DNA of 64,000 bases from an uncultured Planctomycetaceae bacterium (lineage in GTDB: Bacteria; Planctomycetota; Planctomycetia; Isosphaerales; Isosphaeraceae): the NCBI GenBank assembly GCA_963833985.1, contig CAWIAD010000002.1, positions 6,368,001-6,432,000 on the forward strand. The letters run 5' to 3'. A model generated the notes under the pieces. That model ran no database searches. It was not told the DNA's origin and worked only from the letters and a program-made list of their open reading frames with translations. Made by a program: the position numbers and the translations under genes. This document shows positions 50,916 to 62,559 of the stretch, in pieces; position 1 is the first letter of the stretch; every line of letters starts with the position of its first letter.

Positions 50916-53900
50916 GCGGCTCAGCCAGCGACACGACCGCCGCCATACACTGCCGGTGATCGAGACTCTCGAAAGTCGCTGCGTGCTGAGCGGGACGAAC
51001 CTGGCCGCGTTGTCGGCGACCGCGTTGCCGACCGACCCGAGCCTGGCTCTGACCGGTCAGCTCGGAGCCGCCAGCCGCAGCGTGCTCTACCGTTTCACGA
51101 CCGACGCGGACGGGCAGGTCAAAGCCCTGGTCCAGCCGGCTGGTTTCGGGGTGCTTCTCTCTCTGCTGGACGCTGGAGGGAACGTCCTGGTGCAAAGCGA
51201 GGCAACCTCGGCCACGAACCCCAACGCCCGGATTGCCGAACACTTGCCGGCCGGTAGCTATTTCCTGTCAGTGGCTGATCGCAACGGAGCGGGTACGTTT
51301 CAGTTGAGCACCACGTTCACCCAGTCCTCGCTGCCGAACCAGCCGCTCGTCGAGGGCGAGGGGTCCCTGTCGGTGGCGACGGCCGACCTGAACGGCGATC
51401 GCATTCCCGACATGATCAACACGGACTATTACGACTGCCAGATACTCATCAATTTCGGCCTCGGGGACGGCACGTTCCAGCCGCCGGTGGCGATCCCCGT
51501 CGGCGTGTCGCCCTCGTTCGTGTTAGCGGCCGACCTGACCGGCAACGGGGTTACCGACCTGGTCGTCGCCAACGAGTCCTCGAACAACCTGACTGTACTC
51601 GTGGGCAATGGCGACGGCACGTTCCAGGCCCCGGTCACGGTTCCGACCGGCGCCGGGCCCACGAGCATCGTCGCCGGCGACTTCGAAGGCGACGGCCGCA
51701 TCGACCTGGCCGTGGCCGATACGCTCGGTAATTGCGTCGACATCTTCCATGGCAACGGTGATGGCACGTTCACCCGGATCGAGGAGCTGGCCGGGCTCAC
51801 AGGTGCATGCTCGCTGGCCGCCGGCGATTTTCAGAAGAACGGCCGCATCGACCTGGCCGTCGCACAATCGGGCCCGGGCGTGCTGACCATTCTCCAGGGG
51901 CTTGGAAATGGCAAATTCGTCGCGAGCCAGACGCTTCCGGTCGGTCCGGCTGCCTGCGGGGTGACTTCCTGCGATTTCAATGGGGACGGATGGCCCGACC
52001 TGGCCGCCCTCAGCACCACGGACGGTACGGTGGCGGTGTTTGCGAACCACGGCGGTCGGTTCACCGCCTCGGCCTCGCTGAACTCGAGCGAGGAACCTTT
52101 CGGCCTGGTTGCGGACGACTTCAGCGGCGACGGCCGCATCGACCTGGCCGCGTGCAACTCCGGCTCCAACAGCGTCTCGGTGTTTCAGGGGCTGGGCGAC
52201 GGATCCTTCCAGACGGCGGTGACGGTGCAGACAGGCGGCGGCCCGGCGGCCATCGCCGCCTGCGATTTCAACGGCGACGGCAGGCTCGACCTGGTGACCG
52301 CCGATTATACGGGAATGACCCTGTCCGTCTTGATGAACAGGGGCGACGGCACGTTCCTGTCGCCGCCCCCGACGCCGCTCTCCCTCGGTCCCGAGGGCAT
52401 AGTGGCCGTCGACCTGACCGGCAACGGCATCCTCGACCTGGTCACCCCTGACTACAACCTGAACGAGGTGTCCGTGCTCATGGGCCGGGGCGACGGCACC
52501 TTTCGCCTGCCGATCCAGGTCCCCGCGGGCGCCGGCCCACTCGATGTGGCCGTTGGAGATTTCACCGGCGACCACATTCCTGACCTGGCGGTCGCAGACA
52601 GCCTCACGGACACGGTCATGATCCTGCAAGGCCGGGGCGACGGCACGTTCTTCCCCATCAATACCCTGGCCGCGGGCGGTGCTCCCTCCTATGTGCGGGC
52701 GGCCGACCTGGACGGTGACGGCAAGCTCGACCTTGTCGTCGCCAATTACCTTTCCAACACTGTGTCTGTTTATTACGGGCTCGGTGGAGGGAAGTTCACG
52801 AGCCAGCAGGTCTATCCCGTCGGGCTCACGCCGTCGGGACTCGTGGTCGGCGACTTCAACGGCGACGGCCGTCCCGACATCGCGGTCTGCGATGCCGGCA
52901 CCAGCGACGTGGAAGTGCTGCTGGGCACGGGCAATCGCACGTTCGCGGCGCCACTCTGCTTCCCGACCGGCGCCGAGCCCTGGGCGCTCGGGGCGGCGGA
53001 CCTGAACCACGACGGCCGCATCGACCTGTTTCTGACCGATGGCGGATCGTGGCAGACCCCGTGTGTCGCGGTTCTCCTAGGCAAAGGCGATGGCACCTTC
53101 CAGACCGCGGTCCAGTACAGGGTCGGCGCCACCCCCTACCCCGTGGCGGCCGGCGACTTCAACGGCGACGGCAATCTCGATCTCATCTCGGGCAACGACG
53201 GGTCGAACGATGTCTCGCTCCTCGTGGGCCGTGGCGATGGTACCTTCGCCCCCGAAGTCCGGTTGCCGGCCGGGGAAACACCGTACGGAATCGCCGTGGG
53301 TGACTTCAACAGGGATGGGCATGCCGACTTCGCGGTTGTGAACACGCGTTCCGACGATGTCACCGTGGAACTGGGCAACGGAAGCGGCGCGTTCCAGGCC
53401 CCGATCACGCAGAGCCTGACCGCCTCGACCTACCCGACGGTGACGGCGAACTTTGACGACGACGGCAACCTGGACCTGGCAATCGCCAACCCTGACATGG
53501 GGACCGTCACGATCGAGACCGGAGACGGCAATGGCAGGTTCACCTTGAGCACGACGATCCAGACCGGCGGTCGTCCGTCCGGCCTGCTCGCGGGCGACTT
53601 CAACGGCGATGGCCGCACCGACCTGGCCATCGCCGACTCGGCACTGAACCAGATGCTGATCCTGCTGGGCAACGGCGACGGCACGTTCCAGCCGCCTCTG
53701 TCATACAATGTGGGCATCGCGCCCGGGTCGCTGGTCATGGGCAACTTCTTGGGCAGCGGTCATACGGATATCGCCGTTGCGGACGCGCGCTCCAATGACA
53801 TTGCCTTGCTCTACGGCAACGGTGACGGCACGTTTCGGGTCGGGCCGCGACTGCCGGTCGGCTCGGAGCCGGTGGCCCTGGCCGCCGCCGACCTGGCGGG

Positions 53901-56900
53901 CAACGGCCTGGACGATCTGGTCACCGCTGATCAGAGCTCGGACGACCTGACCGTCTGGTGGAACCTGGGCGCGGGACATTACCAGCGCCAGACCATCGGG
54001 ACGGGGGTTTCGCCCGCGACACTGGTTGCCGGCGACTTCTTCCAGAACGGTCGTGTCGAGCTGGCCTACACCGAAGCGGTCGGCGACCAGCTCTTCGTGG
54101 TCGCCCCCGTTGGCCCTGCCGGGTCGTGGACAACGCTCACGGTCAATCTGGGTCTGAACGCGGCGCTCCTGGCCGGCTGCGGACTGAACGCACAGGGCGC
54201 GCTGCCCGATGAACTGGCGGCCGCCGACCAGAACGGGAACGTGGTGATCGTCCGCAGCCAGAGCTGCGGCGCGTTGAGCGTTCTGCCGTCCATTCCGCTG
54301 GGGGTTCGCCCCGGCTGGCTCGCCTTCGGCGACGTCACGGGACGCGGCCGCGCCGATATGATCGCCATCAGCGTCTCCTCGGGCGCCGTCGAGGTCCTGC
54401 TCAGCCTTGGCAATGACCAGTACGCCCAGCCCCAGAGCACGGTGCCGCTACCGAACCCCGCGCCCTGGTCTTCAGGACACCCTCAGGTGGGACTGACATC
54501 GTCACGATGAATTTTCAAGGCCACGTCCGGGAGCGGAACGCCAGCGCCGCGCGCCGGGGCAGTTCAGCTCGGCCTTCGACCCCACAGCGGGCAACCCGAT
54601 TACGATCACGGGCTGGGCCGTGCTGGTGGACGGTGGAATTCCGGCGGTTGCGGTCCTCGACTCCCGGGACTCATTGATCCTGATCCTGAGGACGGACATG
54701 GAGGCGGTCGTCGCGATCATCGGGTCCATTCCCTTGCCGCCGGGCGCCGTGTACACCACGCTCGCGGCCGGCGACCTGAACCGGGACGGCCGCGACGATC
54801 TGGCCGTGGTGGACCTGGGGTCCAACCGCGTGCTGGTATTCGCCCAGGACGCAAGCGGAGGCTTTCGTCAGCAAGGCGCACCCATCGCCGTGGGTTCCGG
54901 GCCCACCGCGATCACGATTAACGAATCGACCAGGAGCGGCTGGCCGGAGATCCTCGTCTCCAACGGCTCGTCGGGCGATCTCAGCATCATCCCCGTCGGC
55001 CCGAATTTCGCGTTCGGGGCCGAGGTCCGCATCCGCGCCGGCCTGAGCCCGGCAGTCGCCGTCGCGACCGCATCGGGCTTGCAGACGACGAGCACCGACG
55101 AGCCGGTCGACGTGACGACCGGGGTCTTCGACGCCTCGAGGCTGACGAGCGTCGTCATCGTCCTGCAAGGCGCCAACAGTATCTCGGTGCTCCAGGAAAT
55201 AGCGAATGGCGGCGTGGCCGATCCCAGTCCAGCCTCTTGCTATTCGACCGGAATCGAACCCGTCCAGGCCGTCGTCGCGCCGCTGGGGAGCGATGGCTTG
55301 AACGACATTGCCGTGCTCAATGCCGGCAGCCAGGACATCTCGATCTTCATGAACGATGGGCACGGCGGCTTCGTGACGATGCCCCGGGTCGACGCCGGCA
55401 ACGACCCCACAGGGCTGGCGGTTCATGACGTGAACGGGGACGGCATCCCCGATTTGCTCGTGGGCAACAGGTTCGGCGATCTGCTCATTCTCCTGGGCAA
55501 CGGCGACGGCACGTTCCGGCCCTACGTGCGGGCGGATCCGACAGTGAGCTTGGCCGTCGGCGACCTGAACGGCGACGGCAAGCTCGCCTTCGTTTTCAGC
55601 CAGAGTGCGCAGGACGCCCTGTCGGTGAGCTACCAGGGATCCAATGCCTTCTTCGTGCAGGGCCGGAGCGAGGGAATCCTCGCGCCTGGCCCGGTACTCC
55701 TCGCCGACCTCAACGGCGACGGCGTCCCCGACCTCATTGTGGCCAACACCGGCGCGAACGACGTGCTGGTTTACCTGGGACAGGGGCACGGCCGGTTCTC
55801 CGCCCCCCTGCGCTTCTTCACCGGCATGTCTCCACTGGGCCTGACCGTGGCCGACCTGAACGGGGACGGCATCCCCGATCTGGTGGTCACCAACGAGGCC
55901 TCTGACGACCTGACGATTCTCTTTGGGCAAGGACGGGGAGCGGACTGGACGTTCGTGCCGGGACCCCGGCTGAAAGCCGGCGACCGCCCCGTATCCACCA
56001 CCGTGGCCGACCTGAGCGGAGACGGCATCCCTGACATTCTCTGCGTGGACCAGGGGAGCAACGACGTGTTGCTGCTCAAGGGTCTGGGCCGCGGCTGCTT
56101 CGACGACCGGAACCCCGTGGTCTTCCCGTCCGGCCAGGAGCCGATCCAGGCGTTCGTGGGGCGGTTCGGTTCCAGCCGGTCGGCCGGTCTGGTCATCCTC
56201 AATGCAGGCTCGAGCACGATGACTTACTACCCTGGGCCAGTTGTTCAGGGTGAGGCTGCGATCACGCTCTCCAGCGGCGGGCTCGACCCGGTTGCCGGGG
56301 TCATGGGAGACTTCGCCCAGAACGGATTCGACGACCTGGTCATTGCCAACAGCGGCGATTCCCGCCTGGCGGTCTTCATCGCCAGCGCACGGGGGCTCAT
56401 ACTCTCCAACATCGTCTCCCTTGCCGCGACCAGCCAGGTGACGGACCTGGCGATCGTGGCCAATGGAGGGGGTGGATTCGAGCTCTTCGTCAGCACCCAG
56501 AAGGCAGGGCAGGTGATCGGCGTCACGCTGATGGCAACGGGCTCGGAAGGCATCTTGCCGGGGCAGTCCGGTGTCGCAACCGCTTCAACGTGGGCCGGCT
56601 CGCTCGGCCCTGGAGCGGGTGCCTTCAGTTTCCTCGCGACGCCCGCCAGTGCCATGCTGACCGAGGAGTCTGCCCTCGGGCAGAGCCAGTCCGCCACAGC
56701 CACCGTGACCCTGTCGGAGAGTTACGTCGGCCAGATTGCAGCGACCGTCGCCACCCTCACGCAGGAACTCTTGCCCATTCTGAACGCTCCGCTCTCCTCG
56801 CTGGCGAGCTTGACAGAGAGCCTGATCCAGGTCGCGCAGCTCCAGATCTCGGATATCTTGCCGCTTGGTCAGACCGAGGCCGCCATGGTCGCGGTGCTCA

Positions 56901-57625
56901 CGTCCGTCACCCAGACGGTGGACCAGGACTCCTCGGACGCCGCAGAGAGCCAGGGCGCCGAGCCTGCTGCGACGGGCCAGATCGCGCACGAGGGCGGAGC
57001 ATCGCCACCGTCGGCCGTGGACCTGTTGCTCTCCTGTCCCGGGGTGCCGCCTGACCTGCTTCGTCGTGACCTTCTCGATGCGCGGCCAGGCGGCCGACCG
57101 AGCTGCGAATGGGTCTGGAATGCCCGCACGGCCCCTCCCGGTCAGGCTCCTCGGCCTGCCGTCGATCTTGCCACTCTCCAGCTCGCCGCGCTGGGCCCGA
57201 TCGTCCCCGATCAGGCCCCGGGTGCAACAAGCGACGCCGGGTTCACCCCGAACCTCGAGGCGGTGGTCTGGGGCGAAAGCAACGGGCTGGAGCTGCCGCC
57301 CGCAGATCCGGGTGACTTCCGGCCCGGCCTCGCGTTTCCCGTCGCCGCGGCCACCGTGGTGTCAGGTGTCGTGATTGGCGCCGCTCTCTGGAAGTGCCGC
57401 GAGCGCATCTTCCGGGCCGCCCGGCTGCTCGGCGACGACGGTCCGGATGAACCACCTTTCACTGTGTCACCCGGACAAAGGGCGAGTCGAAGCTCGAGAT
57501 TCTCGGAAATGAACTCGCGGCCGAGTCGCGACTTGCCGCCCTGGGTGAACTCACCGGTCTCCGAACGCCTCGGCAAGAATGGCAGGAGCCGGCTCTCCGG
57601 CTGGCTCGTGTCCATGACGTACTGA
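50872..57625 (+). CDS. giant FG-GAP/VCBS repeat surface protein with LEPR-XLL-type leader and C-terminal TM; two frameshifts near 54465 and 54552
   Basis: IETLESRCVLS; dozens of DFNGDG..DL..GNGDGTF repeats; TM VAAATVVSGVVIGAALW. Confidence 0.88.
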
Positions 57626-57785
57626 GTGTCCTGGCGCAGTCGATGCGACGGGCGCGGGTTGGGTGCCGTCTCTCAGGCTCTTGCGCCGCGCCGTCGCGAA
57701 TTCCTTGGCAAGCTCCTGCGCCACGGTCCTGGCGAACCAGGACCGCGCACGCGGCCGGGTCGCCGTCACGGCGCCCGGTCCAGGT

Positions 57786-58883
57786 TCAACCCACGTTGGC
57801 GACGAAGCCATGGAACACGCCGTTCGCGTCGGAGTAGAACCCGGTGATCTCGCCCGAGTTCGTGATCCCCGTGATCTGGGTCACTTCCACGCCGTTGCTG
57901 AAGGCCTCGCTGGGATCGTCGAGGAAAGTGTACTGGCCGGTATTGGTGTTGTAGATGAAGCCGTGCTGGCTCGTGGTCGAGTCGCCATAGTAGCCCACGG
58001 CGATGCCCTTGTCGTTCACGGACAGGATCTGCGAGAACACGAACGTTGCACCCGGCTCGCCGGGGACGTTCGGGATGCTCGGGTCGGCCACCGCGGCTCC
58101 CGTCAACGTGTGGTGTCTTGCTTTCGACAGACTGGCCGTGAAACCGTGGTCCTGGCCATCCGTCCCCACGTAAAAGCCGACCACCAGCCCATGGTTGTTG
58201 ATGCCCTGCGCGTTGACCATGTTCGGACCGGACGGGGCATTGACCGTGGTGTAGCTCCCCCCCTTGCTCAGGATGAAGCCCGGCATCTGCCCATTGACCG
58301 TCTCCTGGCCGACGATCATCGCCTTGTCGTTGATTCCGAAGGCAACCGCCGAGGAACTTCCCGGAGGAACGAACGTCTGTAGCTTGCCACTCGCGGAAAG
58401 CGTGAAGGCGTTTCCGTTGCCATCCGTTCCCACCACGGTGCCATAGTTGTTTGTCCCAAACGCCTGGGCCGCCGTGGAGCCGTTGATGTTGAGGGCTTTC
58501 ACTTTCGTCGACTTCAGCGGGTTGACTGTGAAGTTGTGGAACCCTCCGTTGTTGTCGATCGTGAAGCCCACGGAGTTGCCGATGTTGGAAATGCCGTTCT
58601 GATTGGTACCGGCGCCCGCCATGTTTCCGGCGCCCGGTCCGTCAAAGTTCGTGAACTGGTAACCCCCCGCGCTCACCTGACCCAGGATGGTGATTCCCGG
58701 GCCGGACACGCTCGGACTGACCTTGTGATTGAGATGCCCTTGCACGTGCACCTCCGCGGAGACGTGCGAATGACTCAGGCCGTGCGGCATGTGGGCGTTG
58801 AGCAGGACTCGCTCCTCCAATGATCCCACAGTGGGGCTCAGTTGACGATTGCGTTCCCGAGTGGACCGGTTGGTACGCAGCAT
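57786..58883 (-). CDS. exported repeat protein (HAF-like beta-propeller) with LEPR-XLL-type leader
   Basis: VGSLEERVLLN; repeats A.GINN.G.VVG.Y....HGF. AGGAG RBS. Confidence 0.82.
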   Translation of the reverse strand: MLRTNRSTRERNRQLSPTVGSLEERVLLNAHMPHGLSHSHVSAEVHVQGHLNHKVSPSVSGPGITILGQVSAGGYQFTNFDGPGAGNMAGAGTNQNGISNIGNSVGFTIDNNGGFHNFTVNPLKSTKVKALNINGSTAAQAFGTNNYGTVVGTDGNGNAFTLSASGKLQTFVPPGSSSAVAFGINDKAMIVGQETVNGQMPGFILSKGGSYTTVNAPSGPNMVNAQGINNHGLVVGFYVGTDGQDHGFTASLSKARHHTLTGAAVADPSIPNVPGEPGATFVFSQILSVNDKGIAVGYYGDSTTSQHGFIYNTNTGQYTFLDDPSEAFSNGVEVTQITGITNSGEITGFYSDANGVFHGFVANVG

Positions 58884-59403
58884 CGAAATAGCTCCTGGTG
58901 AAAATCAACTGACGTCTAACGAATGCAAGGGCGACACGATCCCGCCCCAGAGACGGATCTGGAGGATTTCAAGACCGATGGTGCGCCCGAAGTCCCCGGC
59001 ACCGGTGATCATTGCAGCCGAGGACAGGGGTCAGTCAGGGCAGGTCGAGCAACGCCCTCGACAGGCGAGAATCTGCGGAGCAGACCAGCGTCTCTCCGCT
59101 CCACCAGGAAATTGCCAGTTCGCGAGATTGTCAGACAGGACTGACATTTTTTTTTCGGAATGTGTCAGAAAGGAGCGCCCGCTCCGTCACGGGCAGGGGC
59201 AACGTCACCCGTTCCGAGCGCTTTGCCAGGATCAGCGGTGCCGGGAACCTGAGCGGCATCACGTACTGGAGCTTCAGAGACTGGCTCCCGGTACCGCTTT
59301 TTTCAAGCTGCCTGGTGACGGCGTTTTATCTAAATGGATCCTCGCCTCTTGGAATGTGGGCCAGCCGCCCTCGGCTGGCCCACACTTTCCCTCTCACGGG
59401 CAG

Positions 59404-59895
59404 CTATTTAGGCGCCACGATCACCTCGGTCTTGCCCGGGACAACGACCTTCGTCTCGGTCTTGCCGGCCGACGTGACGTCGATGACGCGCACCTCGGGC
59501 TGGCCCTCGATCACCTTGACTTCCTTGACGACGGCCAGTTCGTCGATCACCGTCGTGACGCCCAGGGTGTTCGCAACCAGCTCGACCGCGGTTTGCTTTG
59601 CCGAGTCGCTGATGACGGAACCGCGCAGGACGATGGTACCGCCTGCCCGGGCTTCGAACTGGAGCGCCGAGCCCGCGAACCGCTTGTCCCATTCAATCCG
59701 GCGCATCACGCGGCCAAGAACTTCCCGCTCCTGAGCAGTGATCTGCCCACGGGCGATCTCCGATTCCACGCGGTAACGGATGTTCTTGCCCATGTTGTCG
59801 AGCGCTTGCCCGGCCCGCTGAATCGGTCCCTCCTGGGCAGACGCCGCGGAAATGATCGTGATCGCGACCAGTGCTGCGGAGAGCAGTCGAGCCAT
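59404..59895 (-). CDS. BON domain protein
   Basis: Signal peptide ASA-QE; GGTIVLRGSV...K..AVEL..NTLGVTTVIDELAV. GAGGAG RBS. Confidence 0.85.
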   Translation of the reverse strand: MARLLSAALVAITIISAASAQEGPIQRAGQALDNMGKNIRYRVESEIARGQITAQEREVLGRVMRRIEWDKRFAGSALQFEARAGGTIVLRGSVISDSAKQTAVELVANTLGVTTVIDELAVVKEVKVIEGQPEVRVIDVTSAGKTETKVVVPGKTEVIVAPK

Positions 59896-60016
59896 GGTCG
59901 TGCTCCTCTCTGTAAAGGAAAGAGGTTTGTGGTTGGACTGGAGACTATGCCGTGGAAACCGAGCGACCCCGGAAGCATCCGATGTGCCGCCCTCACGGTA
60001 TTCCGCGCGCACCAGG

Positions 60017-60052
60017 ATGACCCGGAGTCCGGATATGACCCGGAGTCCGGAT
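60017..60052. repeat. exact 18 bp tandem duplication
   Basis: ATGACCCGGAGTCCGGAT x2. Confidence 0.85.
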
Positions 60053-60261
60053 ACTCCGGCCCTGAGATCTGTGCCTTGCCGACGCCACGGGATATCCGAT
60101 TCCAACAGCTGTCCTGCGTGGCAGCCGGGAGAGAATCCCGTTCTGCCTGGAGCTCGATCGGGATCGCGATCACGGACGGGATCCGGAAACCCTGGCACGA
60201 ACTCTTCTCGGCGGGCGGCCGTTCGCTCGAGCGGCTTTCGCCCGGATCGCAGACTGAGACC

Positions 60262-60340
60262 GGGGGCAGGCATTCCTGCCTGCCGGAGCAGGCCTGCCCT
60301 GGCAGACAGGAATGTCGGCAGACAGGAATGTCTGCCCCCC
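60262..60340. repeat. REP-like inverted repeat cluster
   Basis: GGGGGCAGGCATTCCTGCCTGCC ... GGCAGACAGGAATGTC GGCAGACAGGAATGTCTGCCCCCC. Confidence 0.8.
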
Positions 60341-60379
60341 GAAACTCAGAAACTGCCTGCAACGCGTCAGAAAACTGCT

Positions 60380-61165
60380 CTAATCGAGCCTTCCGAGTCC
60401 TTTTTCCCGGCTGCGCTCGAACATCCAGGCGAAGAAGAGGATGGCCAGGGCCAGGTAAAGGATGTTCAGTGCAAAGCTGAGGAACAGGTCGTTCAAGGGC
60501 ATGGGGCCACCCCGGAGGACCTGCCGCATGCCCTCGAAGATGTAGGTCATCGGCAGGACCATGGCGATGGCCCGGGCCCAGCCGGGAAGGACATCGAGCG
60601 GATAATAAACGGCGCTGAACGGCGCGAGCGCAAAGCCGGCGATCCAGGCGATGCTCTGGACCTTGCGGCCGTAGTAAACGATCACGCCGGCCCCGGCGAA
60701 ACCCATGAACCAGCCCGAGATCAGGAGCGAGAACAGGAACGGCAGCATCAGCCAGCCGATGGCGAAGATGTTCAGCCGGTACAGTACCCACACCGCGCCC
60801 GCGCCGATGATCAGCGTCAAGATGTTCTTGATCAGCCCCAGCAGTACCAGGCCCACGCACCATTCCCAGACCGAGAGCGGCGTGGCAAAGAGGTTGACCA
60901 TGTTCTGGTTCCAGAACTCTTCCAGCAGGTTCACCGAGATCTCGTAGTTGGCTCGCCAGACCACCTGCCAGAAGACCACGCCGGTCAGCAAGATGAGCGC
61001 GAGCTGCGGCACCTCGGAACCGGCCGTCTCCACCCACCTGCTGGTGAGACCCCAGATCACCAGGTCGATCACCGGCCAGTAGACCGTCTCGGCCCACCGC
61101 TCGAGCGTGCGGGGGAACAGGTAAAGGTGGCGCATGACCACGGCGCCAATGCGATGCAGCCTCAT
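60380..61165 (-). CDS. ABC-2 type transporter permease
   Basis: Six TM; LEEFW..N..NLFATP, FSAVYYP...LP.WAR.IA..LP.TYIFEGMR. Confidence 0.9.
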   Translation of the reverse strand: MRLHRIGAVVMRHLYLFPRTLERWAETVYWPVIDLVIWGLTSRWVETAGSEVPQLALILLTGVVFWQVVWRANYEISVNLLEEFWNQNMVNLFATPLSVWEWCVGLVLLGLIKNILTLIIGAGAVWVLYRLNIFAIGWLMLPFLFSLLISGWFMGFAGAGVIVYYGRKVQSIAWIAGFALAPFSAVYYPLDVLPGWARAIAMVLPMTYIFEGMRQVLRGGPMPLNDLFLSFALNILYLALAILFFAWMFERSREKGLGRLD

Positions 61166-62184
61166 GATCCGAGGGATCTCCCCTCGCCCGCGGCCGGGAC
61201 GGTTCCCGCGGCCCTTGCGCGCACTGCACGCGTAGTCCGTCCCCGCGCCAGCATGATGAAGTAGTCTTCCAGCGTCGGCTTGAAGAGCGCGATGCCGGTG
61301 TACCGCACCCCCCTGGCGGCGAGGTCCTGAAGGAAGCCGGCGACGTCGTGCTCGTCGATCTCCACCTCCGCCGTGGTCCCGGAGAACGTGGCGGCCAGCC
61401 CGCACGCGGCTGCGGCGTGCAGCAGATCCGGCAGGCCCTGCTCCATGGTGAACCGCGCTCTGGTGGCGTCGGCCTGGGCCGCCAGCTCCTCGGGCGTTCC
61501 CACGGCGGCGATCTTGCCGCCGTCGAGGAAAAGCACGCGATCGCAGATCTGCGCCACTTCATCCATGTTGTGCGAGGTGTAGAGGATCGACACCCCGGCA
61601 TCATCACGCTGCTCGCGCACGAACCCGCGGACCTCGTGGGCGATGTCCGGGTCGAGCGACGCCGTAGGTTCGTCCAGCAGCGCGATCCGCGGACGGGCAA
61701 GAAACGCCTTGGCCAGCATCACGCGAGTTGTCTGGCCGGCCGACAGTCCCGCCATCGTGCGCCGGCGCAGCTCCCACACGCCGAAGCGTGTCAGCAGCTC
61801 CTTGATCCGCTCCTTCCGTTCGCTCGCCGACATGCCATAGAGCCGGCCGAAGACATCCAGGTTTTCCTCGATCGCCAGGTGCGTGGGCAGCTTGGAATAG
61901 GCGCTGGCGTAACCCACCCGGGCCAGGATTGCCTCCCGGTCCCTGTCCAGCGACTTGCCGAAGTAAGCGATCCGCCCGGAAGTCGGTTTGAGCGTGCTCA
62001 GGAGCATCTGGATCGTCGTGGTCTTGCCGGCGCCGTTGGGTCCTAGAAGGCCCAGGACCTCGCCCCGGCCCAGCTCGAAGCTGATGTGATCCACGGCCGT
62101 CACCGGCTTGCGGCCGCGAAAGACCTTGGTCAGGTCGCCGACCTCGAGCACGGGAGCCGGCGCGCCGCGGCCTTGCATCATCAC
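61162..62184 (-). CDS. ABC exporter ATP-binding protein
   Basis: GPNGAGKTT, LSAGQ, LLDEPTASLDP, TSHNMDE, PTLEDYF. Confidence 0.93.
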   Translation of the reverse strand: MMMQGRGAPAPVLEVGDLTKVFRGRKPVTAVDHISFELGRGEVLGLLGPNGAGKTTTIQMLLSTLKPTSGRIAYFGKSLDRDREAILARVGYASAYSKLPTHLAIEENLDVFGRLYGMSASERKERIKELLTRFGVWELRRRTMAGLSAGQTTRVMLAKAFLARPRIALLDEPTASLDPDIAHEVRGFVREQRDDAGVSILYTSHNMDEVAQICDRVLFLDGGKIAAVGTPEELAAQADATRARFTMEQGLPDLLHAAAACGLAATFSGTTAEVEIDEHDVAGFLQDLAARGVRYTGIALFKPTLEDYFIMLARGRTTRAVRARAAGTVPAAGEGRSLGS

Positions 62185-62559
62185 TTCCCTTCACACACGA
62201 GGCCCGGACGCAGCGCGAACACACGGCAGCCGGCTTCCCGGAAAGCTGGACACACCCGGCCGCGTCCGGGTTCGCTCTGTTCCGGCATCGCCCGAGGCGA
62301 GCCATACACCCGGCCGGAACCACGCGCCACTCGACGCGTCTGCCGCGTTATGATACCAAGGCTAAGGTCGGCAATTTGAGGTCACCCGGCCTCGGCGGCG
62401 GTGCGTTGGCTCCGATTGGCCGAACCGGATATCGGGTTTCCTTCTGCCCAGGCCATCTATTGCCCCCAGTTTCTTGCCGGTCCGGCCATTGCCTGCCGTC
62501 CTCGCGCCCGCGAACGATGCCCGACCGGCCCCGGAGTCGTGCCCGACCAGGAGTCAGGA

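Noticed and set aside
59170..59260. c-di-GMP-I riboswitch on the minus strand (GGCAAA...GACG)
   Set aside because: Lacks the GCAAA/P2 continuation and the stem is weak.
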